64,000 bases of DNA, from the NCBI GenBank assembly GCA_964610465.1, contig CAZSWA010000001.1, forward strand, positions 79,023-143,022, given 5' to 3'. Origin of the DNA: an uncultured Gammaproteobacteria bacterium (GTDB lineage: Bacteria > Patescibacteriota > Microgenomatia > Levybacterales > UBA12049). The position numbers and the translations under genes were made by a program. Under the pieces are notes generated by a model. The model had not been told where the DNA came from. It made no database searches and saw only the letters and a list, made by a program, of their open reading frames with translations. Positions 1-9,995 of the stretch are shown here, piece after piece (position 1 is the stretch's first letter; every line of letters starts with the position of its first letter).

Positions 1-275
1 TGAGCGTTTTTCGATCAAACAAATATCTCTATGCTCAGCTTATTGACGATACATCCGGAAAAACAGTTGCCAGCCTTTCTGAAAAAGCCTTATCTAAAAA
101 AGGAAAAACTGCTGCAACCAGAATGGATAACGCAAAAGAGTTAGGTATATCACTTGCAAAAATAGCGCTTGATAAGAAAATAAAGGAAGTAGTTTTTGAT
201 AAAGGAAGATATGCATATCATGGGAAAATAAAACAAATTGCAGAAGGAGCAAGAGAAGGAGGTCTTAAATTCTAA
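1..275 (+). CDS. rplR: 50S ribosomal protein L18, 3' part (5' end outside window)
   Basis: Frame starting at nt 3 translates to ...SVFRSNKYLYAQLIDDTSGKTVASLSE...ARMDNAKELG...KQIAEGAREGGLKF, then TAA at 273-275 overlapping the rpsE ATG. The sequence and position upstream of S5 are typical of L18. Confidence 0.85.
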   Translation, partial: SVFRSNKYLYAQLIDDTSGKTVASLSEKALSKKGKTAATRMDNAKELGISLAKIALDKKIKEVVFDKGRYAYHGKIKQIAEGAREGGLKF

Positions 276-766
276 TGGATCAAAGATATAGAAGAGACAC
301 ACAAAGTGAATTTCAAGAGCAGGTTGTCAAGATAAATCGTGTTTCCAAAAAAACCAAAGGAGGCAATAAAATAGGATTTTCAGCACTTGCGGTAGTTGGT
401 GATAAAAAAGGTAAAGTAGGAGTTGGACTTGGGAAAGCACCGGATGTATCATCTGCAATTCGCAAAGGTATATCACTTGCTAAAAAACATATGATTGAGG
501 TACCGATAGTGAACGGAACAATACCATTTCGAGTTGATATCAAAGTTGGCGCAGCACGTGTGATGCTCAAACCTGCTCCACCCGGAAGTGGAATTATCGC
601 AGGAGGAGCAGTAAGAAGTGTAGTTTCTGCTGCAGGAATACAAAATATCTCATCCAAAGTATTGGGAACTGACAATCAAGCAAGTAATGTACATGCAGCA
701 CTTGAAGCATTACGAAAACTCACAGAACTTTCTGCAAATTTGAAAGAAAGGGTAGTAACCAAATAA
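275..766 (+). CDS. rpsE: 30S ribosomal protein S5
   Basis: ORF-track protein ...RVSKKTKGGNKIGFSALAVVGDKKGKVGVGLGKA... matches conserved S5 motifs. It lies between L18 and L15. Confidence 0.95.
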   Translation: MDQRYRRDTQSEFQEQVVKINRVSKKTKGGNKIGFSALAVVGDKKGKVGVGLGKAPDVSSAIRKGISLAKKHMIEVPIVNGTIPFRVDIKVGAARVMLKPAPPGSGIIAGGAVRSVVSAAGIQNISSKVLGTDNQASNVHAALEALRKLTELSANLKERVVTK

Positions 767-768
767 GT

Positions 769-1215
769 ATGAATCTCACTCAATTACCAGCTATTACAGA
801 AAAAAGAAAAAAAAGACTTGGTCAAGGTCATGGTTCAGGACGGGTGAAGACTTCAGGAAGAGGAACCAAAGGGCAAAAAGCACGAAATAAGGTTCCACTT
901 GTATCTGAAGGGGGAGCGCTTCCCCTTACAAAACGACTTCCTTTCCTCAGAGGAAAAGCCAAAAACAAATCCTTGCAGATGAAAAAAGTTATTCTTAATG
1001 TTGGACAATTGAATAGCTTACCGAAAAATAGTACTGTAAGTATAGATTCATTGGCAAAACATAAACTTGTGGATGCGAAAGAAGCAGGTCTTTATGGAGT
1101 AAAAATCTTAGGGAATGGCGAGCTTACTACTCCTCTTAAAGTAACTCTTTCTGTATCAAAGAGCGCAAGAGATAAAATTACTAAAGCTGGAGGAACCGTT
1201 GAGGTTGTTTCATGA
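769..1215 (+). CDS. rplO: 50S ribosomal protein L15
   Basis: [24 protein letters not shown] is an L15 signature. It follows S5 directly with no L30 gene between them. Its stop overlaps the secY start (ATGA). Confidence 0.95.
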   Translation: MNLTQLPAITEKRKKRLGQGHGSGRVKTSGRGTKGQKARNKVPLVSEGGALPLTKRLPFLRGKAKNKSLQMKKVILNVGQLNSLPKNSTVSIDSLAKHKLVDAKEAGLYGVKILGNGELTTPLKVTLSVSKSARDKITKAGGTVEVVS

Positions 1216-2501
1216 ATAGTTTTCTAAAAACGTTTAGAAATATTTTTAAGTCACCTGAAGTCAGAAAAAAAGTCCTCTTTACCTTAGCTATCTTTCTCGT
1301 ATTTCGTATTTTCGCCCATATTCCTGTAGCAGGAGTAAATATTCAACAACTAAAAAATCTTTTTTCTCAAAATCAATTTTTTGGATTACTTGATATTTTT
1401 TCAGGAGGAACTCTATCCAATTTTTCTATAATGGCACTCGGGTTAAATCCTTATATTAATGCTTCAATTATTTTACAGCTTCTCACCATGGTATTTCCAA
1501 AACTTGAAGAGCTTTCAAAAGAAGGAGATGCAGGAAGACGCAAAATTAATCAATACACACGATTTTTAACTATCCCTCTTGCGGCGTTACAGGCAGTTGG
1601 TATGTATGCGCTTCTTCGCAGCTCTCAAATAATAGGCATACTTTCGCCTGTTGGGCTTATCTCTTTTATTTTGACTATGACCGCGGGTACTCTGCTTCTT
1701 GTCTGGTTTGGTGAGCTTATTACAGAACGAGGTGTAGGGAATGGGATTTCTCTTCTCATTTTTGCTGGAATTGTAGGTCGTTTACCAGTTGCCGCAGGTC
1801 AAACCTTCTCTACCTCAAACGCACAAAATACGCTCAATCTCATTATCTTTCTCGTACTTGGGCTTGTGGTGATTGCAGGAATTATCATCATTAATGAAGC
1901 AACGAGACAAATTACCGTGTACTATGCAAAACAAGTACGGGGAAATAAAATGTATGGTGGACAATCAACGCATCTGCCTCTCAGGCTTAATCAAGCAGGT
2001 GTAATTCCAATTATTTTTGCAGTGTCACTCGTACTTCTTCCCTCTCTTGTTGCCAATTTTCTTAGCGCAACGAAGAATCCTCATCTTACCAGTATTAGCC
2101 AAACTCTCTCTATTTGGTTTAATCCATCGGGAGTATTTTATAATGTACTCTATTTTGTACTTGTCGTTGCGTTTACCTATTTCTATACAGCAGTAATCTT
2201 TAACCCAAAGAAAATTGCTGAGGAGATACAAAAATATGGCGGATTTATTCCGGGAATTCGGCCAGGTGCTCAAACTGCACATTATCTTAACTATATTTTA
2301 ACCCGTATTACATTGGTTGGAGCAATATTCTTAGGTATTATTGCAATCTTTCCAACCATTGCCCGTGACATTACCAATATTCAAAATTTAGTTCTTGGAG
2401 GAACAAGTATCCTTATTGTGGTAAGTGTAGTGCTGGAAACGTTCAAAACTATCGAATCAAATCTTGTGATGCGTAATTACGAAGGATTCCTAACTAAATA
2501 A
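1212..2501 (+). CDS. secY: preprotein translocase subunit SecY
   Basis: A 429-aa polytopic membrane protein at the conserved operon position after L15. Conserved SecY segments are present (e.g. [44 protein letters not shown]). Confidence 0.95.
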   Translation: MNSFLKTFRNIFKSPEVRKKVLFTLAIFLVFRIFAHIPVAGVNIQQLKNLFSQNQFFGLLDIFSGGTLSNFSIMALGLNPYINASIILQLLTMVFPKLEELSKEGDAGRRKINQYTRFLTIPLAALQAVGMYALLRSSQIIGILSPVGLISFILTMTAGTLLLVWFGELITERGVGNGISLLIFAGIVGRLPVAAGQTFSTSNAQNTLNLIIFLVLGLVVIAGIIIINEATRQITVYYAKQVRGNKMYGGQSTHLPLRLNQAGVIPIIFAVSLVLLPSLVANFLSATKNPHLTSISQTLSIWFNPSGVFYNVLYFVLVVAFTYFYTAVIFNPKKIAEEIQKYGGFIPGIRPGAQTAHYLNYILTRITLVGAIFLGIIAIFPTIARDITNIQNLVLGGTSILIVVSVVLETFKTIESNLVMRNYEGFLTK

Positions 2502-2502
2502 T

Positions 2503-3054
2503 ATGAAAGTTATACTTATTGGTATCCAAGGATCAGGTAAGTCCACACAAGGAAATCTGCTCCACAAATCATTAGAAATTCCTTATCTCTCTACAGGTCA
2601 TATCTTCAGAGAATTAGCCAAAGAACATACTCCATTAGGAAGATATATTAAAGAAGTCATGAATGCAGGCCATTTAATTCCTGATGCAAAAACGCTTGAG
2701 ATAGTATCTCATTATCTTCATAGACCAGAATACAAAACAGGATATATCCTCGATGGATTTCCCAGAACGCTTGCACAAGCTGAAGAATTTGAGAATGGCG
2801 TAGATAAAGTGTTTTATCTTAATGTTTCAGATAAAGAAGCGCTTTGGAGGCTTTCATATAGAGTAGATGATAGTGGTGAGATTCGAGAAGATGAAACACT
2901 TGCTGCGCTTCGGAAACGTATTGAATTATTTCATAAATTTACAGAGCCTGTACTTGATTTCTATCGCCAAAAAGGAGTTTTGGTTGAACTCAACGGTGAA
3001 GATGCAATAGAAAAAATCCATAAAGAGATAATGGAACAAATAAAGAAAGGATAA
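2503..3054 (+). CDS. adk: adenylate kinase (short form, no zinc lid)
   Basis: P-loop GIQGSGKSTQ is present, along with the LSTGHIFRE and GFPRTLAQAE motifs. It sits after secY as in the spc operon. Confidence 0.9.
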   Translation: MKVILIGIQGSGKSTQGNLLHKSLEIPYLSTGHIFRELAKEHTPLGRYIKEVMNAGHLIPDAKTLEIVSHYLHRPEYKTGYILDGFPRTLAQAEEFENGVDKVFYLNVSDKEALWRLSYRVDDSGEIREDETLAALRKRIELFHKFTEPVLDFYRQKGVLVELNGEDAIEKIHKEIMEQIKKG

Positions 3055-3077
3055 GAAATAGCTTCTTAGAGATATGT

Positions 3078-3770
3078 ATGCCAAAAGGTTTTGTAATCGC
3101 AATTGATGGTCCTGTTGCCGCAGGAAAAGGAACACTTGCTTCACTTCTCGCAGAGAAACTTCATGGATTTTATCTTCAAACTGGTGCAATGTACCGCAGT
3201 GTAGCGTTTTTTGGTATTAAGAATAATATTGATTTGCATGATTATAATAAAGTAGTTGCTCTTTTACCTTCTCTCACAATTCAATTTCATGATACAAAAG
3301 TAGTATTAAATGGAAAAGATGTGACAGAACAACTACGAAGAGAAGATGTAGCGGCCGGCGCGTCCCTTGTTGCTACCTATCCTAAAGTAAGAAAAGATAT
3401 GGTACAAAGGCAACAGGAAATAGCCAATCAAGAAAAACAAAAAGGAAAAATTATTTTAGCTGAAGGACGAGATACTGCAACCGTTGTATTCCCACAGGCT
3501 GAGCTCAAAATTTTTCTTACTGCAAAACCTGAGATACGAGCTACGAGACGTTTTAGAGAACTCAATGAAAAAGGTGAAAAAAATGTCAATTTTGAGAGTG
3601 TTTTACAAGCGATATATAATCGTGATAAACAAGATAGAGAGCGTGATACTGACCCACTTGTAGCAACACCTGAAAAATATGGATATTTTGTCCTTGATGA
3701 TTCAGAGATGACAAAAGCACAAACGGTAGAAGTTGTTTTGCATGAGATTCAAAAGAAGATGCTTGTATGA
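3078..3770 (+). CDS. cmk: cytidylate kinase
   Basis: N-terminus IAIDGPVAAGKGTLASLLAEKLHGFYLQTGAMYRS is a Cmk signature. Its insertion between adk and map is atypical. Confidence 0.85.
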   Translation: MPKGFVIAIDGPVAAGKGTLASLLAEKLHGFYLQTGAMYRSVAFFGIKNNIDLHDYNKVVALLPSLTIQFHDTKVVLNGKDVTEQLRREDVAAGASLVATYPKVRKDMVQRQQEIANQEKQKGKIILAEGRDTATVVFPQAELKIFLTAKPEIRATRRFRELNEKGEKNVNFESVLQAIYNRDKQDRERDTDPLVATPEKYGYFVLDDSEMTKAQTVEVVLHEIQKKMLV

Positions 3771-4516
3771 TTCATATAAAAACACCAGAACAAATAGAAA
3801 GTATGGCATATGGAGGTAAGATATTAAGAGATGTACTTTTTGAAGCACTTGATAAGGTAAAACCTGGAGTAACTGAGGCAGAAATTGATGCATTTGCAGA
3901 GAAATGTATTAGAGAGCGAGGCGGAGAACCTGGATTTATGAAAGTAAAAGGATACCATAACACCATTTGCTCCTCAACCAACGATGTCGTAGTGCATGGA
4001 ATACCTGGAGGGTATGTCTTTCAAGAAGGCGATGTGGTAGGAGTCGACTGTGGCGTCTATTATAAAGGGTTCCATACTGATATGTCTGAAACTGTTGGAG
4101 TCGGAAAGATAAGTAAAGCTGCTGCAAACTTTCTTAAGACCGGTAGAAAGGCTTTAGATGCAGCAATACTTCAGGCAAAGGCTGGAAACAGGATAGGACA
4201 TATCTCAAAGACTATTCAGGATATTGTAGAAAAGGAAGAAGGCTACTCAGTAGTCAGGAGTCTCATAGGTCATGGAGTAGGCCGCAAGCTTCATGAGGAT
4301 CCAGAAGTCCCAGGATATCTGGCAGGTAGCATAGAGCGCACGCCACTCTTAAAAGAAGGGATGACAATTGCGATAGAGGTTATATATAATATGGGAACGC
4401 CAGAGGTCTATCTTGCGCCTGATGGCTGGACAATTAAGACGCAAGATGGAAAAATTTCAGGGGTATTTGAGAGAACTATCGCAATCACTGGAAGCGGGCC
4501 TAAGATTTTAACGTAG
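3767..4516 (+). CDS. map: methionine aminopeptidase type I
   Basis: [35 protein letters not shown] and [11 protein letters not shown] metal-ligand motifs are present. Confidence 0.9.
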   Translation: MIHIKTPEQIESMAYGGKILRDVLFEALDKVKPGVTEAEIDAFAEKCIRERGGEPGFMKVKGYHNTICSSTNDVVVHGIPGGYVFQEGDVVGVDCGVYYKGFHTDMSETVGVGKISKAAANFLKTGRKALDAAILQAKAGNRIGHISKTIQDIVEKEEGYSVVRSLIGHGVGRKLHEDPEVPGYLAGSIERTPLLKEGMTIAIEVIYNMGTPEVYLAPDGWTIKTQDGKISGVFERTIAITGSGPKILT

Positions 4517-4554
4517 TATTTGCTCTTTTGAGGCTCGTTTGCTATAATGCTTGC

Positions 4555-4773
4555 ATGTCTCATCAAGGATCTTTTGAGAAAGACGGTGTGGTGAAGGAGT
4601 CACTTCCCAATACCCTATTTCGAGTGCAGCTTGATGATGGGTCAATTGTTTTGTGTCATTTATCTGGCAAAATGAGAATGCATTTTATAAAAATATTGCC
4701 GGGAGATAAAGTACGCATTGAAATGACCCCTTACGATTTAAGTAAAGGAAGAATAATACTGCGCTATAAATAG
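4555..4773 (+). CDS. infA: translation initiation factor IF-1
   Basis: [64 protein letters not shown] is an IF-1 S1-like fold. The likely start is the ATG at 4555 rather than the upstream ORF-track start. Confidence 0.85.
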   Translation: MSHQGSFEKDGVVKESLPNTLFRVQLDDGSIVLCHLSGKMRMHFIKILPGDKVRIEMTPYDLSKGRIILRYK

Positions 4774-4803
4774 AAGATCTTCGATATTTTAAAAAACGAT
4801 ACT

Positions 4804-4917
4804 ATGAAAGTCCAAGCAAGTATAAAAAAAAGATGTATTAAGTGTAAAATAATTAAGCGCCATGGGGTGTTGTATGTAACATGTGAAACACCAAAACACA
4901 AACAGAGACAAGGCTAA
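4804..4917 (+). CDS. rpmJ: 50S ribosomal protein L36 (below the ORF-track size cutoff)
   Basis: Manual translation gives [37 protein letters not shown] (37 aa). This is the L36 zinc-ribbon C-x2-C...C-x4-H pattern. It sits between infA and rpsM as expected. Confidence 0.9.
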   Translation: MKVQASIKKRCIKCKIIKRHGVLYVTCETPKHKQRQG

Positions 4918-4920
4918 TCT

Positions 4921-5331
4921 ATGAGAATTGCAGGAACTAATATACCAGACGAAAAAAGAATTGATATTTCATTAACCTATCTTTATGGTATTGGAAGAAG
5001 TAATGCAAGAGAAGTACTCAAAAAAGCAGAAATTAACGAAGGAACACGAACCAAAAACCTGACAGAAGATGAAGTAAAACGTATCACTAAAGTTTTGGAC
5101 GAATATAAAGTAGAAGGAGATTTACGTGCAGAAGTACTTTCAAATATAAGAAGATTAAAAGATATTAGTGCATATAAAGGTCTTCGACACGCTCGAAATC
5201 TTCCGGTCAGAGGACAGCGTACTCGAACCAATGCGCGTACCAAGAGAGGTAAGAGAATGACTATTGGCGCAATCAAGAAAGAAGTAATGGCTAAGATGGA
5301 AGCAGCACAAAAGACTGTTGAAAAGAAATAA
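4921..5331 (+). CDS. rpsM: 30S ribosomal protein S13
   Basis: MRIAGTNIPDEKRIDISLTYLYGIGRSNAREVL is a canonical S13 N-terminus. Confidence 0.95.
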   Translation: MRIAGTNIPDEKRIDISLTYLYGIGRSNAREVLKKAEINEGTRTKNLTEDEVKRITKVLDEYKVEGDLRAEVLSNIRRLKDISAYKGLRHARNLPVRGQRTRTNARTKRGKRMTIGAIKKEVMAKMEAAQKTVEKK

Positions 5332-5334
5332 CCT

Positions 5335-5742
5335 ATGGCAGATAATAAGAAACAAACAAAAGGTACTATAACCAAGAAAAAATCAGCAACGGAAATTACT
5401 TCCCATGGAAAAGTATATATTACATCTACGTTCAATAATACCCTTGTAACCATTACCAATGACAGAGGCGATACAGTAGGCTGGAGTTCAGCAGGCGCAA
5501 AAGGGTTCAAAGGAACAAGAAAATCAACTCCTTATGCTGCAACTTTGGCAGTTGAAGATGTCGCAAAAAGAGCACTTGAGAGAGGAATGAAGACAGTTGA
5601 TATTTTTGTCAAAGGACCGGGAGCTGGACGTGATTCATCCCTAAGAGCAATCAAGAGTGCTGGATTGTCAATAATGTCTATTGCAGACGTAACGCCTATT
5701 CCACACAATGGACCAAGGCCAAAAAAGAAAAGGAGAGTATAA
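5335..5742 (+). CDS. rpsK: 30S ribosomal protein S11
   Basis: [46 protein letters not shown] is an S11 signature. Confidence 0.95.
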   Translation: MADNKKQTKGTITKKKSATEITSHGKVYITSTFNNTLVTITNDRGDTVGWSSAGAKGFKGTRKSTPYAATLAVEDVAKRALERGMKTVDIFVKGPGAGRDSSLRAIKSAGLSIMSIADVTPIPHNGPRPKKKRRV

Positions 5743-6344
5743 TGGCACGATATACAGGACCAAAACACAAATTAGCACGAAGAGAAGGAATCAATATTAT
5801 TGATGAAACTTCACCAAGTCTTTTAAGACGGCTCAATGTTCCCCCAGGTGTCCATGGTAGAAAAGGGAAAAGACGACTTTCTGAGTATGGTCAACAGCTA
5901 AGAGAGAAACAAAAAGCCAAAGCAATGTATGGATTGCTTGAAAAACAGTTTAAAAAGATGGTCAATCAAGTTGCCAGCCAAAAAGGAGATACGGAAGAAT
6001 TTCTTATCTCCCTTCTTGAGAGAAGACTTGATAATATTGTCTACAGACTTGGACTTGCAAAGACACGGTATATGTCACGACAATTTGTGTCTCATGGTCA
6101 TGTCCTCGTTAATGGTCAGAAAGTTAGTATTCCATCATATGAGGTAAAAGCAGGCGATGTCATTACTTTAGATCAGAAAATACAAAAGACACCAGATGTG
6201 GTAAAATTACTTGACGATAAAAAAGAGATAGTATCCTATCTTGAGAAAAAAGGAGCAGTCGGCACGCTCGTTAGGATGCCAAAAAGGCAAGATGTCGAGG
6301 TTCCTTTCAATACTCGACAGATCATTGAATATTATTCAAGATAG
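5742..6344 (+). CDS. rpsD: 30S ribosomal protein S4
   Basis: [20 protein letters not shown]-terminus and a C-terminal S4 domain. Confidence 0.95.
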   Translation: MARYTGPKHKLARREGINIIDETSPSLLRRLNVPPGVHGRKGKRRLSEYGQQLREKQKAKAMYGLLEKQFKKMVNQVASQKGDTEEFLISLLERRLDNIVYRLGLAKTRYMSRQFVSHGHVLVNGQKVSIPSYEVKAGDVITLDQKIQKTPDVVKLLDDKKEIVSYLEKKGAVGTLVRMPKRQDVEVPFNTRQIIEYYSR

Positions 6345-6366
6345 TGGTACAATATAGGTTATTGTT

Positions 6367-7293
6367 ATGGAGAATCTTAATTTTAAAGTAAAAGAAATTA
6401 CATCAACCCAGGATTTTGGGGAGTTTGCGATTGAACCCCTTGAACCAGGATATGGTCATACAATGGGTAACGCATTGCGACGCGTTCTCTATACATCTAT
6501 CCCGGGAGCAGCAGTTACATCTGTCAGAATTACTGGCGTAAAGCATGCTTTCTCAACCCTTCCAGGACTGAAAGAAAACATAATCGATCTTCTCTTAAAT
6601 ATCAAAGAGCTTAACTTCCGTCTTTCAGATGGAAAGGAAAATGGTACAGTAAAGCTTTCCGTCAAGGGTTCTCATCGAATTACTGCAAGTGATCTTGAGA
6701 TGCCTGATGGGATTGAGGTAGTCAACAAGGATCAATATATAGGCTCTCTTTCAGGTGAGAAATCAAAACTTGATATGGAATTGACTATTGAAAGAGGACT
6801 TGGTTATTCACTCTCTGAAGAAAGAAAAGTAAATACCCTTGGGGTTATTGCAACTGATGCAGTATTTACTCCTATTCGTCGAGTTACTTACACCGTTGAA
6901 GCAACCCGCGTAGGAAGACAAACAAACCTTGATAAATTGGTACTTAAAGTCTGGACCAATGGAACCGTAAGTCCAAGAGAAGCATTAGAGCATGCAGGAA
7001 AGATTCTTGCTTCTTATTTTTTACAAATTTATCAGCCAAAAGCAACTATAGCGCAGGCGGAAACTGCAACACCAAGCTCATCAATTCCTGATACAATTTT
7101 GAAAATGACAATTGATGAATTAGATTTACCTACACGAATTTACAATAGTTTAAGAAACGGTGGTATAGAAACTGTAGAGCAGCTTTTGGGTACTCCCCAT
7201 AAAGATCTCATTTCAATGCGTAATATGGGTGGCAAATCTATCACTGTTATCGAGGAAAAACTTCGAGAAAAAGGGATAAGCTTACCTGCTTAA
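6367..7293 (+). CDS. rpoA: DNA-directed RNA polymerase alpha subunit
   Basis: IEPLEPGYGHTMGNALRRVLYTSIPGAAVTSVRI is present, with a C-terminal alpha-CTD (LDLPTRIYNSLRNGGIETVEQL). Confidence 0.95.
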   Translation: MENLNFKVKEITSTQDFGEFAIEPLEPGYGHTMGNALRRVLYTSIPGAAVTSVRITGVKHAFSTLPGLKENIIDLLLNIKELNFRLSDGKENGTVKLSVKGSHRITASDLEMPDGIEVVNKDQYIGSLSGEKSKLDMELTIERGLGYSLSEERKVNTLGVIATDAVFTPIRRVTYTVEATRVGRQTNLDKLVLKVWTNGTVSPREALEHAGKILASYFLQIYQPKATIAQAETATPSSSIPDTILKMTIDELDLPTRIYNSLRNGGIETVEQLLGTPHKDLISMRNMGGKSITVIEEKLREKGISLPA

Positions 7294-7391
7294 CTTGGCC
7301 AATATAGAGTAGAGTTTTCATATACGCCACGTGAATTTTTGAGAAGTTTGCGTGACGTTTATTGTATGGAGCAGGTAAAATAAAAAACAAC

Positions 7392-7901
7392 ATGAGAAAA
7401 AAAGTTTTCGGCCGACAATTTAGCAGAGATGTAAATGAAAGAAAAGCTCTTTTTAAAAGCTTGCTTTCATCTCTTGTACTCAATGAGCAAATTAAAACTA
7501 CAGAAGCAAAGGCAAAAGCAATACGAGGAGCTGCAGATAAATTAGTTACCAAAGCCAGAAGAGGTGGATTACAGGCATATCGATTATTGCAACCTGAATT
7601 AAACGGTGATGCAGTGAAAAAAATGGTAAGTGATATTGCTCCTCGATTTACTGCACGACAAGGTGGATACACACGAATTATACGTCTTGAAAGACGATTT
7701 TCTGATAACGCTCAAATGGTCGTTATGGAATGGGTTGAAAAACCAGCTCTTCCTGTACCTTCTCAAACAGAAAAATCAAAAAAGGCTAAACTTGATAAGA
7801 AAGAATCAGAAAAACCAACAAAAGAGGAAAAAATCAAAAAAGAAGCAAAAGTAAAAAAAACTACAAAAAAAGCAACAAAAAAGGAGACTAAAAAGAAATG
7901 A
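7392..7901 (+). CDS. rplQ: 50S ribosomal protein L17 with Lys-rich C-terminal tail
   Basis: MRKKVFGRQFSRDVNERKALFKSLLSSLVLNEQIKTTEAKAKA is an L17 core, and the start is probably the ATG at 7392. The ~60 aa C-terminal extension (KKAKLDKKESEKPTKEEKIKKEAKVKKTTKKATKKETKKK) is histone-H1-like low complexity. Confidence 0.85.
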   Translation: MRKKVFGRQFSRDVNERKALFKSLLSSLVLNEQIKTTEAKAKAIRGAADKLVTKARRGGLQAYRLLQPELNGDAVKKMVSDIAPRFTARQGGYTRIIRLERRFSDNAQMVVMEWVEKPALPVPSQTEKSKKAKLDKKESEKPTKEEKIKKEAKVKKTTKKATKKETKKK

Positions 7902-8326
7902 ACTCAATGATGACACAACCAACCAAAGAGGCAATGATAAAAAGAGACTGGCATCTGATTGATGTTGAAGACAAGACTTTGGGAAGAATCGCAACAGAGA
8001 TTGCCCAGCTTCTTATGGGAAAAGCAAAGCCATATTTTGTAAGAAATCTTGATGTAGGTGATTATGTTGTAGTCATAAATGCCAAAAACGTCAAAGTAAC
8101 AGGCAATAAAGAAGAACAAAAAACCTATGCCAGACATTCAGGCTATCCTGGAGGATTTAAATCAGAAACCTTACGTGAACTACGTGCACGAAGACCTGAA
8201 GCAGTTATCTATCATGCAGTAAAAGGCATGTTACCGGATAATAAATTGCAAAAACAAATGCTTACCCGTTTATTTATTTTCAAAGACGCAGAACATACGT
8301 ATAAAGATAAATTTAAAAAGGCATAA
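7898..8326 (+). CDS. rplM: 50S ribosomal protein L13
   Basis: WHLIDVEDKTLGRIATEIAQLLMGK and ARHSGYPGG motifs are present. It follows rplQ directly. Confidence 0.9.
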   Translation: MNSMMTQPTKEAMIKRDWHLIDVEDKTLGRIATEIAQLLMGKAKPYFVRNLDVGDYVVVINAKNVKVTGNKEEQKTYARHSGYPGGFKSETLRELRARRPEAVIYHAVKGMLPDNKLQKQMLTRLFIFKDAEHTYKDKFKKA

Positions 8327-8328
8327 TT

Positions 8329-8802
8329 ATGGCAGATAAAATAGTAAAAAATAATAAAAATCAAAAAAAGGACTATCTTTTTGCAGTCGGAAGACGTAAA
8401 CAATCAACCGCTCGTGTACGACTTTATCTACATGTAAAAGATGGATTTACCTGGGGAGAGAAAGAAGTGAAAAAAGGCGATATCTTAGTTAATCAAAAAC
8501 TTATTGCTGAATATTTCCCAAGTGATACAGAGAGGCGAGTCTATACAGAGCCGTTACGTATCACAAACGCTCATCAGAATAATTATACTATTACTATTAA
8601 AGTCATGGGCGGTGGACATAGCGGTCAACTTGCAGCAGTAACGGCAGGTATTGCCAATGCCTTAAATAAACTTGATACTGAAAAATATCGACCAATTCTT
8701 AAGAAAAAAGGACTTTTGACCCGTGATGCACGAGTAAGAGAACGACGCAAAGTCGGTACAGGCGGGAAAGCAAGACACAAGAAACAATCTCCAAAACGCT
8801 AG
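8329..8802 (+). CDS. rpsI: 30S ribosomal protein S9
   Basis: C-terminal LTRDARVRERRKVGTGGKARHKKQSPKR is an S9 signature. Confidence 0.9.
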   Translation: MADKIVKNNKNQKKDYLFAVGRRKQSTARVRLYLHVKDGFTWGEKEVKKGDILVNQKLIAEYFPSDTERRVYTEPLRITNAHQNNYTITIKVMGGGHSGQLAAVTAGIANALNKLDTEKYRPILKKKGLLTRDARVRERRKVGTGGKARHKKQSPKR

Positions 8803-8820
8803 TTTTTCTATCATCTTTCT

Positions 8821-9420
8821 ATGACTCACGAACAGGAATTTCTTATAAAAGATGTTAACAACGAACAATTAGTGATTGTTCAGCAGAAAATGCAACAAGC
8901 ATTTGCATTACTTACAGTAACTCCTGATAAGAGAGTCCAGCGAACATTAAGACGATTCAAAGCAGCATTTGAAGGAAGTAGTGTTGCAGGACGTAAGGAA
9001 GACGAAACAGAAAACGCTTTAGCACAAGAGCTAACTCATGCAATTGGAATCAACTATGGTCAAACTATTAACACCAGAATTCTTAGGGAGAACTATGCAG
9101 ATAAAAAGTATGTTGATAAGGGGGGAAATTTAGTAAGAACAGGACAATCAGAATCAGAACTTGATGAAGCTTTTTTGAAATATTTAGCTAAAGCAGGAAT
9201 TCTAACAAGTAAAAATACGTCAACTGTTACAGAATTTATGAGATTAACTAAAGAAGCAGGCTATCAATCTTTTAGTACTGAAAATGTGACTTCTGCTTTT
9301 ATATTAGAAAGACTTAATGTAGCGTTAACAAAGTATGTTGATCAAAAATACTTCCCGAAATCCGAAAGTTATACCTCTATTACTTCCCCAGTCTCTAATC
9401 CTTTAAACACAATTTCATAA
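8821..9420 (+). CDS. hypothetical protein
   Basis: 199-aa ORF with no recognised motifs. Its 3' end overlaps the convergent MBL-fold gene by ~50 nt. Confidence 0.4.
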   Translation: MTHEQEFLIKDVNNEQLVIVQQKMQQAFALLTVTPDKRVQRTLRRFKAAFEGSSVAGRKEDETENALAQELTHAIGINYGQTINTRILRENYADKKYVDKGGNLVRTGQSESELDEAFLKYLAKAGILTSKNTSTVTEFMRLTKEAGYQSFSTENVTSAFILERLNVALTKYVDQKYFPKSESYTSITSPVSNPLNTIS

Positions 9421-9995
9421 TTTCTATAATAATTTTCAAGCATAGCATAGAACATTTTTCGTGCTTCGTCTCGTAGATGCCAGTCATGAATTGGAATGAT
9501 ATACTGAGGTTTAAGAGTTGCACCTTTTTCTGCTGCTTGTACCATACTTCCCCAAGGAGCTTGGATAGGAAGTGCCAAGATTTTTGCGCTTTTTGGAATA
9601 TGGAGAGAATCTCCAGGAACAGTAAGTTTGTTAAAAAGAGTAAAGCAGGTATTTTTGGGAATTGGCATATTGATAATTTTTTCATGAGGTATTTCCACAA
9701 GTTCAATAAATTCATTGCCATGGGTTTGAGCTTTCATATCTTCACGCTCTAAAATTTTGGAAACTGAAGAATTCGTAATAATTTGCAGTTTGGGAAATTT
9801 GTGAAGGAGCTCTTTTATCACATGAATAACCATATGATCCATATGTTCATGAGTAATAAGCAAAAAATCCAACCTATCAAGCGCATTGATATCAAGAGCA
9901 TTTTCTTCAAAGGTATAAACACCTGGATCAATAAGAATCTTCTTTTCTTGTTCTTCAACTACCAGACAGGAATGGATATATTTTGTGATTTTCAT
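9369..9995 (-). CDS. metallo-beta-lactamase-fold hydrolase
   Basis: LLITHEHMDHM is an HxHxDH-type metal-binding motif, and the protein is about the size of an MBL domain. Confidence 0.7.
   Translation of the reverse strand: MKITKYIHSCLVVEEQEKKILIDPGVYTFEENALDINALDRLDFLLITHEHMDHMVIHVIKELLHKFPKLQIITNSSVSKILEREDMKAQTHGNEFIELVEIPHEKIINMPIPKNTCFTLFNKLTVPGDSLHIPKSAKILALPIQAPWGSMVQAAEKGATLKPQYIIPIHDWHLRDEARKMFYAMLENYYRNYEIVFKGLETGEVIEV

Noticed and set aside
313-675. Antisense and alternative-frame ORFs inside conserved genes (e.g. 313..675 minus inside rpsE, 4983..5510 minus inside rpsM/rpsK, 19352..19891 plus inside the PP2C gene, 36505..36954 minus inside recA, 30675..31073 plus across the mutL/mutY-like junction, 54562..54864 and 55561..55866 minus inside aclA)
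   Set aside because: These are shadow ORFs fully embedded in genes with strong homology on the other strand or frame, and they have low-complexity or odd composition. No independent evidence of coding.
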